Assembly: GCF_030028105.1 (NCBI RefSeq)
Contig: NC_092387.1
Location: 19,353,590-19,417,589 of the forward strand
DNA: 64,000 nt
Source of the DNA: Mobula birostris
Lineage: Eukaryota
Reading direction: 5' to 3'
Position 1 is the first letter of the stretch; each line of letters starts with the position of its first letter. The notes under the pieces are model-generated. The model had not been told where the DNA came from, made no database searches, and was given only the letters and a program-made list of their open reading frames with translations. Made by a program: the position numbers and the translations under genes. Positions 12,385 through 24,746 of this stretch are shown piece after piece.

Positions 12385-14408
12385 GTACTTGATCTGGTAT
12401 TGGGAAATGAACCTGGTCAGGTGTCAGATCTCTCAGTGGGAGAGCATTTTGGAGATGGTGATCACAATTCTATCTCCTTTACCATAGCATTGGAGAGGGA
12501 TAGGAACAGGCAAGTTTGGAAAGTGTTTAATTGGAGTAAGGGGAAATATGAGTCTATCAGGCAGAAACTTGGAAGCATAAATTGGGAACTGATGTTCTCA
12601 AGGAAATGTACCGCAGAAATGTGGCAAATCTTCAGGGGATGTTTGCGTGGAGTTCTGTATAGGTGCGTTCCAATGAGACAGGAAAAGGATGGTAGGGTAC
12701 AGGAAGCGTGGTGTACAAAGGCTGTTGTAAATCTAGTCAAGAAGAAAAGAAGAGCTTAAAAAAGATTCAAAAAACTAGGTAATGATAGAGATCTAGAAGA
12801 TCATAAGGCTAGCAGGAAGGAACTTAAGAATGAAATTGGGAGAGTCAGAAGGGGCCATGAAAAGGCTTTGGCAGAGAGGATTAAGGAAAACCCCAAGGCA
12901 TTCTACAAGTATGTGAAGAGCAAAAAGATATGACGTGAGAGAATAGGACCAATCAAGTGTGACAGTGGGGACGTGTGTATGGAACTGGAGGAGATAGCAG
13001 AGGTACTTAATGAATACTTTGCTTCAGTATTCACTACCGAAAAGGATCTTGGCGATTGCAGGGATGACTTACAGTGGACTGAAAAGCTTGAGCATATAGA
13101 TATTAAGAAAGAGGATGTGCTGGAACTTTTGGAAAGCATCAAATTGGAGAAATCACCGGGACCAGACGAGATGTAACCCAGGCTACTGTGGGAGGTGGGT
13201 GAGGAGATTGCTGAGCCTCTGGCAATGACCTTTGCATCATCAATGAAGACGGGAGAGGTTCTGGAGGATTGAATGGTTGCAGATGTTGTTCCCTTATTCA
13301 AGAAAGGGAGTAGTGGTAGCCCAGGAAATTATAGACCAGAGATTCTTACTTCAGTGGTTGGTAAGTTGAAGGAAAAGATCCTGAGAGGCAGGATTTACGA
13401 ACATTTGAAGATAATGTGATTAGAAACAGTCAGCATGGCTTTGTCAAATGCAGGTTGTGCCTTACGAACCTGATTGAATTTTTTGAGAATGTGACTAAAC
13501 ATATTGATGAGGTTAGAGCAGTAGATGTAGTGTATATGGATTTCAGCAAGGCATTTGATAAAGTACCCCATGCCAGGCTTATTGAGAAAGTAATGAGGCA
13601 TAGGATCCCAGGGGACATTACTTCATGGATTCAGAATTGGCTTGCCCACAGAAAACAAAGAGTAGATAGGTCATATTCTGCATGGAGATTGGTGACCAGT
13701 GGTGTGCCTCAGTGATCTGTTCTGGGACCCCTCATTTCGTGATTCTTATAAGTGTCCTGGATGAGGAAGTGGAGGGATAGGTTAGCAAATCTGCTGATGA
13801 CACAAAGGGTGGGGGTGTTGTGGATAGTGTGGAGGGCTGTCAGAGATTACAGCGGGACATCAATAGCATGCAAAACTGGGCTGAGAAGTGGCAGATGGAG
13901 CTCAACCCATATAAGTGTGAGATGGTTCATTTTGGTAGGTCAAATATGATGGAAGAATATGGTATTAATGATAAACCTCCTTGGCAGTGTGGAGGATCAG
14001 AGGGATATTGGGGTCTGAGTCCATAGGACACTCAAAGCTGCTATGCAGGTTGACTCTGTGTTTAAGAAGGCGTATGGTGTATTGGCCTTCATCAAATATG
14101 GGATTGAGTTTAGGAGCCAAGAGGTAATGTTGCAGCTATATAGGACCCTGGTCAGACCCCACTTGGAGTACTGTACTCAGTTCTAGTAGCCTCACTACAG
14201 GAAGGATGTGGAAACCATAGAAAGGGTGCAGAGGAGATTTACAAGGATACAAAAGGGTCATTTTAGAGACTCCTGGATAGGTACATGGAGCTTAGAAAAA
14301 TAGAGAGCTATAGGTAACATGAGGTAATTTCTAAAGTAATGACCAGTTCAGCACAGCATTCTGGGACGAATGACCTGTATTGTGCAGTAGGTTTGCTATG
14401 TTTCTATC
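12385..14408 (+). mobile_element. 5'-truncated, decayed CR1 LINE (ORF2)
   Basis: Fragments LDLVLGNEPGQV..DHN, LNEYFASVFT, KSPGPD, SQHGFVK..CLTNLIEFF..DFSKAFDKVPH..GVPQ and WAEKWQM. Multiple stops and frameshifts. Confidence 0.92.
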
Positions 14409-14414
14409 TGTTGA

Positions 14415-14960
14415 TGCACATTTGGTGGCTACTTTATTAGTTACACCTATACACCTGCTCATTAATGCAAATATCTATGTAGCCAATCCCGTGGCAGCAA
14501 CTCGATGCATGAAAGCATGCAGACATGGTCAAGAAGTTCAGTTGTTGTTCAGACCAAATGTCAGAATGGAGATGAAATGTGATCTCAGTGACTTTGACTG
14601 TGAAATATTTTGTTGGTGCCCGACGGGAAGGTTTGAGTGTCTGAAAAGCTGCAGATCTCCTAGGATTTTCATACACAACAGTTTGGAGAGTCTACAGAGG
14701 ATTGTGCAAAAAGAAAAACAGAAAGATTCCAGTGATAGTCAGTTCTATGGGTGAAAATGCTTTGTTAATGAGAGAGGTCAGTGGAGAATGGCCAGATTGC
14801 TTCAAGCTGACAGGAAGGCAAAAGTATATCAAATAACCACACATTGCAACAGGGACGTGCTGAAGAATATCTCGGAATGCAAAATGTGCCGAGCTTGAAT
14901 TGTGAACTACAGCGGCAGACCACACACATACACTCACTGGCCACTCTCTTAGATACAGGA
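14415..14960 (+). mobile_element. Tc1/mariner remnant (left TIR and transposase N-terminus)
   Basis: TIR-like gtggctactttattagttacacc, followed by the degenerate N-terminal motif KCDLSDFD. Confidence 0.65.
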
Positions 14961-15402
14961 GGCACTGTGTGTATAGAATGGCTTGCCGTACGACTCCCAT
15001 GAGGCAGGTGGTTGTAATGGGCGCTGCAGTAGGTTGTTCTGTGGGATATTCTGGCTGTGCTGATATTCTTCAATCACGCATACACAAACTGAGAAGCTGG
15101 GAAGAAGTCAAAGCTTATATGAGCAATACTTCTGCAAATCTGTTGCACTAATGTGATAGTGTTACTGCTGTTTATTTTGTTGTGTAAATTATGTATAATT
15201 TATATTCATTTAATTATTTTGGAAGTGATGTTCAATAATTCTGTATTGTACTGTGCTACTGCTGCTGCAAAGAGCTAATTGTCATGGCAATTATATCCTG
15301 GGTATGTATGCCCATGAAAATATATTTGAACTTGAACTTTAGTCTATGTATGTATCATGTATAGAAATCACACTGTAATTGGACCCACACAGTATTGAAT
15401 AT

Positions 15403-15692
15403 TACCGCTGGTGGCGTAGTGGCAATCAGCGCTGGACTTCGGGACGAGCGGTCCTGAGTTCGAATCCGGCTGGCTCCCTTGCACGCTCTCCATCCGTGCT
15501 AGGTTGAGTGTCAATCTAACAACTCGACCTTGTTTATAAATAATAATAATAAAAAAAACACCTGGAGAGGTATGGGCTCCTCCAGGATTCAGATGCCCAA
15601 GACACGGCATACAATGAGCACACGAAAAAAGATCTGTGCAAAAAGCTTGTGATCACGGCGCCCCAATGACTCCACCAGGAGTTAAGGGTGTG

Positions 15693-15751
<59 letters not shown>
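15403..15751 (+). mobile_element. tRNA-derived SINE with (CA)n tail
   Basis: A box TGGCGTAGTGG at 15412-15422, B box GAGTTCGAATCC at 15456-15467, (CA)n tail, and TSD TATTGAATAT at 15393-15402 and 15752-15761. Confidence 0.8.
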
Positions 15752-15753
<2 letters not shown>

Positions 15754-16324
15754 TTGAATATGTACATGTGTACTATAAGCATCACATTCCACTTTGAAGA
15801 AAGCACATCGGGATATAGTGTTGCCTTATTTATGAAAAGTTTCCCTGTAACCAGAAAGGCAATGACCCTGTGCTGGAGATAAAGCTGCAAGAAGATATGA
15901 ATCTGCACTGAGAATTCAGATCTGCGATTTGGTGTTAAGCAGATTCTGTTGGCAAATGCTGAGTCTGCAAAGCAATATAAGGATGGGGCAACAAACAATC
16001 AGTCTGAGGAAAGCAGTGGGTTGAGTAGAATTTGTGGTGGGGTGAGCGGGGTGGGATGGATCGGAGCCTTAAATGGGTGTGAGAGTGGAGGGGGATTAGC
16101 CAGAGTAAGGAGGAGAGGAGGCAGGGTTCTGAGGTGATTAGTGGACTGATGAGGGGGTGGTGAGGGAAGTTGGGTGGATCGAACAAGGGAGGGGAATGGA
16201 GGGGGAGTTGGGAGTTACAGGTAGGTGGATGTCAGGAGGATGAAGTTGCAGAGGGAATAGCAAATCTCACAGCTCATCCAAAGATGGCTTCCAAATCAAC
16301 AGCTGTCAAGAGCTACTTGACCAG

Positions 16325-16328
<4 letters not shown>

Positions 16329-16364
<36 letters not shown>
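16329..16364. repeat. (GT)n microsatellite
   Basis: Directly visible. Paralogous tract at ~40424-40460. Confidence 0.95.
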
Positions 16365-16365
<1 letters not shown>

Positions 16366-16816
16366 TTTCTGTGTATATGTGAGTGTGCCTCTGTGAAATA
16401 CATTCTGTGTGTATCTATCTGTAATTGTGTGCATGTGTGCCCCTTTTTGATTTATTAAATTTGGAGAATATAGTGCAGTATAGAATTATAATGAGCATCC
16501 AGAACAAAGGCAGACAGTCCCTGCAGCTGATCACGGACCACAGAGTGGACAGGAAAGGTAAAAAGGAAAATCTACTTCATCTATCGAGGCTGGAGCAGTG
16601 TTTCACAACTGGAACACTCCACGTGGAAGGATCTGGAGTTACCACAATGAAATTCACAACAACACTGTGATTTTATATTTTCAGGACAAAGGACACCATT
16701 TCGTAGGTGAGGCTATGTCAGCAATTCCATTCCTCCAGTCTTCAGCTGTGATCCTGTTTCTCAATCCATTTTCATGGGATTAAATTGGAAGTACTAGTTG
16801 CATAAACAATATATTC

Positions 16817-16822
16817 TTTATT
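16817..16822 (-). terminator. Polyadenylation signal AATAAA of NMB copy B
   Basis: Plus-strand tttatt ~220 nt after the stop. Conserved at 40913-40918. Confidence 0.65.
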
Positions 16823-17043
16823 CGCCAAGCATAACCTTGTGGTTACATTAAATGTACTTTAACAATGCAAAACAGTCAGAAAAATACAGAATCCTTGCTC
16901 CCTCTTTAATAGATATGGATAAGTGTACAGAAGCAATACATAAAATATGTGATGGAAATACACTATTGTTAAAACAAAATGTCCACATTCACCATTCGGG
17001 TCATCTTGCTCACATCTTCACCAACCATTTTCCTGGATGTTCA

Positions 17044-17100
17044 TCATTTCTTTGTACTTTTACCATATCTCTCAATAATCTTCGTTATTAGTCCTGTTTC
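17044..17100 (-). CDS. NMB: NMB copy B, coding exon 3 (ETGLITKIIERYGKSTKK*)
   Basis: Acceptor ccatttttctttccag|GAA. Phase 0 matches the exon 2 donor. Tandem TGATGA stop. LITKIIER resembles the vertebrate NMB C-terminus. Too short to appear in the ORF track. Confidence 0.8.
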   Translation of the reverse strand, partial: ETGLITKIIERYGKSTKK

Positions 17101-17384
17101 CTGGAAAGAAAAATGGAGTGAAGGTGTCACATTCTACATACAGACACGGTGCACCCACTGCGGGTGTGGGCAATGTGCAGTGTAACTGCCTTTAGTGTTT
17201 TATACAAGTGGCATACAATATTTCCCAAATATACAATAGAACTGTTGCATTGCACACTTTACATTTCTCACATAAAATAGTTATTTTAATGCAATATATC
17301 CAAAACTTTCAAAGGATGCTGCCTGGATTGAAGAGCATGTCTTTTGAAGATCGGTTGAATGAGTGAGGGATTTTCTGTTTGGAG

Positions 17385-20300
17385 TGTGATGGGGTCCTAA
17401 ATTACCCCTGTGAACTGTGCTGGATTACCCCTATGAACTGTGCTCAATTACCCCTAAGAATTGTGCTTTTGAAAAGAGAGAGAGAGAGTTATTTAACACC
17501 GACATGTCGTTTGAAAAGAGAGAGAGAGACGAAGACTAACTGTTGGACTGTCACTTTAATGCACGAGAAAGAACTGGCTAACTTTTGGATTTCTGCTGAG
17601 TTAGAGATGGCTCCGAGCAGCTCGTAATTTGCGATGGTAAACAAAGGCATCATTATTTAATGGACAATCGATGTTATGATTTTTCGGCAGCGTGTTGATA
17701 CTTCTCAAGGACATTTGCCTGCTTGCATTTCTTACACAGAGAAAGGAAGGAGGAGTTATTTGAGAGACAGTTGGTGCTCAGCACGGGAAGATAAAATAGA
17801 AGATCAGATGATATAGACCTCGGACACATGTTCGGACACTGAATGAGCTTTGTAGGTTTTTGGAGGATCGATCAGGCGGAACGATCAGTGGCTCTTGCAG
17901 TGAAAAGAAAAGGCAGTGACTGGTGGGGAGTTGTCCATGTATCCACCCTTGCCTGGGTGATAGCTCTAGCACAGAAAATCAGTCCCCATTGTTCACGTCA
18001 CAGTCGGTGACTTTTAAAGGATTTCGGAGGACAACAAGAAGTTCGGCGGGTTCAGCTCACCTGAAGACTCAAACCTCTCTCTCCCTCTCTCTCTCTCTCT
18101 CTCTCCATCGCTACTCAATTCAATACCACGAACTGAACTGAACTTTACTCATCATTGTAAGACTATATCTTTTTACCCCTAGACTTGAAGAAGCTTGATT
18201 TTCATAGACATTCCACACTTACTTTGATATAATCATTGCTAACCTGTTTGATGTATCTACATTTATATTACAGTATTGCGTAGTTACTAATAAATATTAT
18301 TAGTTAATAGCAATCCTGGACTCCAAAGTGTATTCTATTTCTGCTGGTTCTTTATTCCCATCACGGGGTACGTGACAATATTGGGGGCTCATCCGGGATA
18401 TGAACAAATTGGTCGGGACGCTTGTTTGAATTGATTGGGGGAAAGTACCCTTTAGATTTGGTTGTGTGGAAAAACAGCAGAAATTGATGTTGCAGGATTT
18501 CTGGGATCACCAGACCCCATGTCCTTGACGAAAGCTAGAAAGTATGAGTTGCGTGACATTGTTAAGGAATTAAAGCTTACAATGGTAAAGAAGGGTATGA
18601 CTAAGATAGAAACTCAAAGGAAGATAGTTGAATATTATGTTTCGACAAAACAATTTACTGAGGATGTATTGAAAATGTTCGCAGAAGGTAACCTTACTGA
18701 GGCTGAGATTCAGCTTCAGCTGGAGAAATACAGGCTGGAGACTGAGGATAAGAAAAGACAGCATGAGTTGCAACTGAAACGGCTTGAGGCCGAAGAGGCA
18801 GAAAAACAAAGAGAAGAGGCACAAAGACAGAGACAGTTGATAAGGGAGATGTGGCAGCTGAGAGGTTTAATGTTGGACCTTGGTGATTTTACAGCTCGGA
18901 AGGGCTTGTTTTGTGTGATGAATTTAAAAGTTGTGTTCCTGATGATATAAGGGCATACCTAGATGCAGAGGATGCCACTATCTTGCGGGGGTCTGCTAAG
19001 AAAGCAGACAAAGAGGTTTTGACCTACGAGCTTGAGTTTACTCCAGATGAGAGTTTGCCAGAGAATAGCTGGGAGGTTCGGGGTGATCTTGAATTTGAAG
19101 CTGGGACAAGTGATGACAGTCCAGAAGAGGCAGCTGTCCTGATTGCCTGTGTTCAGGTTGTTGAAGTACCTGTGAATTCACAGAGTTCTGAACCTTGTGT
19201 TGAAGCTCAGTTAAAGTCTGAGGTGTCTGACTTGGTTGAAAGGGAAAGCAGTTTTTTTTGTGTCAGATGATCTTGGTTCAGTGAATAAGGGGTTAACCTT
19301 GGTACCAGTGGAATATGAGGATTCTCAGTCACGTGTATTACACGGTGTTTTAAAAGTTAGTGATGAGGTGAAAATTGATGGGGTAAATTTTACTGAAAGT
19401 AATGGGAAAAGTGCTGATCCTGGACTTTTGGATAAAGTGCTGGTTAAGGTTGGATTAGTTACATGACCTTTGACCCTGCTTCCAGGACAAAAGGCTGCTG
19501 AGGAAAGTTGTGCTACTCTGTTGAATTTTGTTTGCACATTTGGACACCTGCAAGGTCATCATCATGTTATTCGGTGTGATGTTATGGAAGCAAGTTGAAG
19601 TGAAGGTCGTAATCAGATGGAGGGGTTGTTTGGTCTCTTCCATAATGTATACATGATTCTTATAAGCCTGGTGATGGTGCTAAGTTTAGTAAACAATGGA
19701 GAAATGTTGACACCTCTCCAAGATAAGGTTGATATAGCTGTTCAACTGATGAGCAAAGCTGTTGCTAGGGAACCACACAGAAAGACAGATGTTTATTTCA
19801 CATGCGCAGATAATCAAGGTATGTTTAAGCAGCCTGTTGAGGCATATGATAGCAAGACCAGAGGTTTAAATTATGATGATGTGACACTTCTACCTTCCAG
19901 ATTTCAGCAAGACTTAGAGGGTAGTGAAGCTGAGGAGAGCAAGGAGGAAAGGAAAGGTTAGTCCTTATTGAGGAAGGAATTTATAGAGGAACAAAAGCGT
20001 GATTCTGAAATGATAGCTTTCACAGGAGAGGAGGTTCAGAGAGAGTCAATGGGATATTACCTTAAAGATGGGATGTTAATGAGGAAGTGGAGACCAGCCA
20101 CTGTGCCTGCAAGTCACGTGATGGTTCAGAAAGTTTACAGGGCTGAAATTTTAAACATGGCTCACAGTATGCCGTAAAGTGGATCTCGAGGAAGACAGTG
20201 AACAGGATTATGAAGGAATTTTACTGGCCTAGTTTAAGGAATGATGTTGTGAATTTTAACAGGACATGCCATACCTGTCAAGTTGATGGGAAATCTAATC

Positions 20301-21137
20301 AGATTATTCAAGTATCACCACTTAAACTGATACCTGATTTTGGTGAATCTTTTTCTAGGGTCATAGTACATTGTGTAGGCCCATTGCCAAAGACTGCAGC
20401 TGGTTGTCAGTATGTGTTAACAATTGTGTGTGCTGTGTCTAGGTTTCCTGAAGCTGTTCCTCTCAGAAACATCCAGGCAAAGACTGGGGTGAAGTTATTC
20501 AGTAAGTTTTTCACACTGGTAGATCTGCCCGAAGAAATTCAGTTTGACCAGGGCAGTAACTTTACTTCGAGAACATTCCAGGGGATAGTTAGAGAATTGG
20601 AAGCTAGACACATTGCATATTACACATCTGCATATCACACGGAGTCCAAGGGAGGCTTGGAACAGTTCAACTCAACTCTTAAGACCATGATTAAAGCATA
20701 TTGTGTGAAAAATGGGAAACATTGGGATGAGGGGGTTCCCCTCCTCTTATTTATTGTTGTGGATTCGATTCAGAAGGCATTGGAGGGTAGTTTGTTGGAA
20801 CCTATGTTCAGTTACAGGCCAAAAGGACTTTTGACCCTACTCAGAGAACTATGGTCTGATTTGGAAACGTGTCAGTGTGCTTAATTATGTTTTGAAACTC
20901 TGGAAGGGACTTAATAAGATTTGTGTCCTTGCAAAGGGAAGTTTACAGAATGGTCGAATTAAGATAAAACACTTGTTTTTACAGAATTGCAGCTGGGAGA
21001 ATTGATATGGAATAAAATGAAGTTGTGGAATCTAATAATGGGGTGGAAAAACATGTTTACCCACTGAATCTAGTTTCACCAAGCTGTCAGAATTCCAGTG
21101 TTTTGAAAAATGTTACTGATAAGGTGCATCAGTTGGA
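17385..21137 (+). mobile_element. 3'-truncated Gypsy (Gmr1-like) LTR retrotransposon in NMB-B intron 2
   Basis: LTR TG..CA at 17385-18377. PBS TGGGGGCTCATCCGGGAT at 18382-18399 is a 17/18 match to the tRNA-Pro PBS. Gag-like coiled-coil ORF 18462-18950. Integrase zinc finger and core (FYWP..CHTCQ..VGPLPKT..RFPEAVPL..DQGSNFTS) at 19968-20884. No RT or 3' LTR. Confidence 0.88.
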
Positions 21138-21224
21138 CCCGGACATACAATAGACCTGTTGCATTGCACATCTTACATTTCTCACATAAAATAGTTATTT
21201 TAATGCAATATATCCAAAACTTTT

Positions 21225-21670
21225 AAAGGATGCTGCCTGAATTGGAGAGCATGGTTTTTGAAGATAGGCTGTGTGAGTGAGGGATTTTCTGTTTGGAGCA
21301 AAGGAGAATGAGAAGTGACTTCACAGGGGTGTGAAAGATGAGAAGAGGCAGAAATGAAGTGGATAGGCAGAAACTTTTCCCAACACAGACATGGCTAATA
21401 TGATGCGGTGTCATTTTAAGGTGATTAGAGTGAGGCATAGCCGGGACGTCAGAGATAAATTCTTTACACAGACAGTGGTGAGTGCGTGGAATGCCCTGCC
21501 AGGGGCAGTGGTAAAGACAGATACACGAGGGCATTTAAGAAATTCTTAGATAGGCACGTGGAGAACAGAAAAGTGGAGGGTTATGTAGGAGGGAAGGGTT
21601 AGATTGATCTTGGAGTAGGTTAAAAGGTTGGCCAAGGGGCCTGTACCGTGATGTAATGTTCTATGTTTGA
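21225..21670 (+). mobile_element. CR1-like LINE 3' end fragment
   Basis: Degenerate CR1-type terminal sequence (aggatgctgcctg...gtggtgagtgcgtggaatgccctgcca...gtaatgttctatgtt). Confidence 0.6.
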
Positions 21671-22874
21671 CTCCAATTTAAAATGCACTTCACCTATCGT
21701 TCAACTTTCTTTTGTGCCCGTGACACGGATTGACTGTTTCTCATTGCACCTGTGCATACGTGTATCACGCCAAAGGAGGAGGATTGAGCATGGGGCCAGT
21801 ACTTCCATCCATAAAAAAACCCATAGCTACTGAAAAAACGAACAGAAGCACCAAAGACACCATTCTGGGAAGAGGAAGGGTTTTGGAAGATGGGCTACAC
21901 AGGGGGACAGCTTGAGGGACTGGCCAGGATAGTGCACTCTGGTGGGCTGCCGTCAGCAGCCTGTGTACCGGTAGGGGAGATGTACTGTATATGAACTTGA
22001 GCCTGAACAATTAACCGGACTTTGGACACCTACTTTGACCTCAAGTGGCTGAAACAGACCAGCCTCAGACAGGAAATATATGTGGTTTATTTAATGGATA
22101 TTTCTAACACATGGTACAAAATCAGAATCGGGCAGATGCCAATCACCGTGTACCTCTGAAGGAGCCAGAGTGGGTCGGCAGTCGGAGAACTCCGGGGGGT
22201 GTCTGAAGAATGCTTGAAGGCAGGTGCCCGGTAACGCTGACTGACCATCTGAGAGCTGGCAGACTCCACAGACGCAGGTTCGATCCTGACCTCGGGCGCT
22301 GAAAGTGTAGGTTTTGTACGTTTCCGTCTGATCAGGTGTGTCATTGTTATTTGTATTGGCTTATTATTGTCACATGTACCGAGTTACAGTGAAAAGCTTG
22401 TCTTGCATATTGTTCATACAGATCAAATCACTACACGGTTCATTGAGGTAGAACAAGGTAATACAAAAACGAAGTAGAATGAAGTGTAACAGCTACAGAG
22501 AAAGTGCAGTACGGACTTCCCGCCTGTGCTGCAGTTTCCTCCCACGTCTCTCAGACACGCGGGATGAGAAGTTAATTGTGCGAATTAAATTGACCCTAAC
22601 GAGTTGGTGAGCGGTAGAATCCGGGAGAGCTGGTGGGAATTAAATGATTGAGAATCAAATGGGAGGAAGATGTATCTTTGATGGTTATTGCGGACTCGGG
22701 GGAGCTGTCTCGCATCTCTTGTCTCTCCTAAAGGAAGTACCCAACATGTACACATCGATCGGGAAAATATATTGAATACAGGAGAACGGGCGGGTGGACT
22801 GGCACCGTTCATACCTCCACCTTCGTCCGCACTGTCCGCTGTATCCTGAAATATATTTGCACTCGCGGCGTTAC

Positions 22875-23062
22875 CTGGGCTCCGGAGCCGTATCTCACTC
22901 GGTTCCCTTTTGCTTCTTGGGCCAGGGCGATTTCCAGTATCCTCTGGCTCAGCAGGCTCCCGATAGTTTTGCGTTCTTCGGGAGAGGTGAGAGGAAGTAG
23001 CGCCGGAATATCGTCATATACATCTGGATAATCTGACAGGCTCTTCTTTCCCATAAAGTGTC
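22875..23062 (-). CDS. NMB: NMB copy B, coding exon 2 (GHFMGKKSLSDY...RYGSGAQ)
   Basis: Acceptor gcag|GA CAC TTT ATG GGA AAG AAG completes GNLWATGHFM-GKK in phase with exon 1. Donor CAG|GTAAC at 22875/22874. Confidence 0.93.
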
Positions 23063-24746
23063 CTGCGACCCAACAATAGAGATTGTCACAGCGGAGTCAT
23101 CTGGGCTGTGCGCCCTCGTACATCTGGTGTGTTGTCAAATGCATCGTCTCAAAGCAGCCACCCAGTAGAGTCACAGAGACTGAAACAAGCCCTTCGGCCC
23201 GTCATCAAGTTCCTATCTTTATGCTAGTCATACCTTAACCCTGCGTTCTCCGACATTGCATTTACAAAGGACGCCGTCGCAGCGTCCATCATCGAGGACC
23301 CCCACCACCCAGGCCAATGTCTCTTGTCGCTGCTCCCATCAAGAAGCAGGTATATGAGCCTCAGGTCCAACAACACCAGGTTCAGGAAAAGTTATTACCC
23401 TCAACCATAAGGCTCTTGGGCCGGGGGGAATAATATGTTCTCGATATCTATTATTTATTTATTATTATTTTTTCTGTTTTTGTATTTGCATCGTTCATTG
23501 TCGTTTACACACTTGAATCATATTGCAGCCTTCAGTTAACCCAAGGAATCTCGGGCGATCACAAGGCGAACATGCGAACTCCACCCAGAGAGCACCGGAG
23601 GTCAGGATCGGACCCGGATCTCTGGAGGTGCGATGCAGTTGCTCTTTCCGCTGCACCTCCGTGGTGAGGGGTCAGTTTCCCTGGCGGAACCTTGTTCACC
23701 ACATGCGGCCCATTTATGGGTTTGGAAGATGAGGTACCACAGGTTTGATTGTTTCTTATCCTCATAACGCCTACACTGCCATCTACTGGCCAGCAACATT
23801 CGTACACGGACTCCTTACACTCACCTGGGCGGTGAAAATGGATAACAGGTGGAGGAATGAAGAGAAGAGATAGTACATTTCCAGAGAACGAGGGCGGGAC
23901 CAGGCCATTCCCTTAGCTGTGCGAAGTACAATTGGTAGTAAAATTAAAAGAGCTTCCAAACTATTCTTGTATTATTTCACGGATAAAATGTTTAACTACT
24001 GGTATATTTAACTCAATATTTATCATCTGGTATACTTAAAGCATAGATTGAAAAGTTCTTCATTAGTAAGAGCGTCGAAGGATACGGGAATGGAGTTGAG
24101 AGGAATAATAAATCAGATACCATCGGATGGTGGAGAAGACTCGATAGGAGAAATGGCCTAATTCTGCCCCAGTGTCTTAATCTCTTACGGTTTTAAATCA
24201 CGATTTACGAAAAGTTTGGATAAGTAGATGGATGGGAGGGTATGGAGGGCCATGCTCCAGCTGCGGGTCAATGGAACTAGGCAGAATAACAAATTGGCAT
24301 GGACTAGATGGGCCGAAGGGTCTGCTTCCTTTGCTGTTGTGCTCTGTGACTCTACGGCACTTAAACAAGCTCAAACTGATAACGTACAAACATGGTTAAT
24401 TTTAAATGATCTACCTTCCCCTTCCCCAGTTTGGATAGGTACTGATTCCGAGTCTCTATTCCCGACTCCATCGAAAGTTTGGAGACCCAAAAGACCGCGG
24501 ATGCTGGAATTTGGAGCAACACACAAGGTGCATGACACAAGATTCATCAAAGCGTCTCGACCTCAAACGTTCACTGTCGATTTCTCGCCATAGATGCTGG
24601 CCGACCTGCTGAGTTCCTCCAGCATCTTAAGCACTGCTCCTAAACATCACCCAACCCTTCCTCCGAATGTAAATGTGAGCCCAACCGGAGATACGACCGC
24701 TTCCCCGAGACCCACACTCACTGCACTGGACATGCCGTCCCCTTAC

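Larger units (their letters stand above)
1..24189. repeat. Tandem segmental duplication, period 1 (phase set by the window start)
   Basis: Position 1 (gttttaaatcacgatt) recurs at 24190 and 48796. The ORF track repeats at offset 24189. Confidence 0.97.

Noticed and set aside
15405-15478. tRNA gene
   Set aside because: A and B boxes are present, but the sequence continues into a SINE body with a (CA)n tail and TSD and diverges freely between units.
18462-18950. Domesticated gag gene
   Set aside because: It lies directly after an LTR and PBS and is frameshifted differently in the two units. The local identity is better explained by conversion.
22809-23054. 81-aa ORF MGKKSLSD... as a standalone gene
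   Set aside because: Its Met is the last residue of the NMB decapeptide inside exon 2, and VTPRVQ... is intron read-through.
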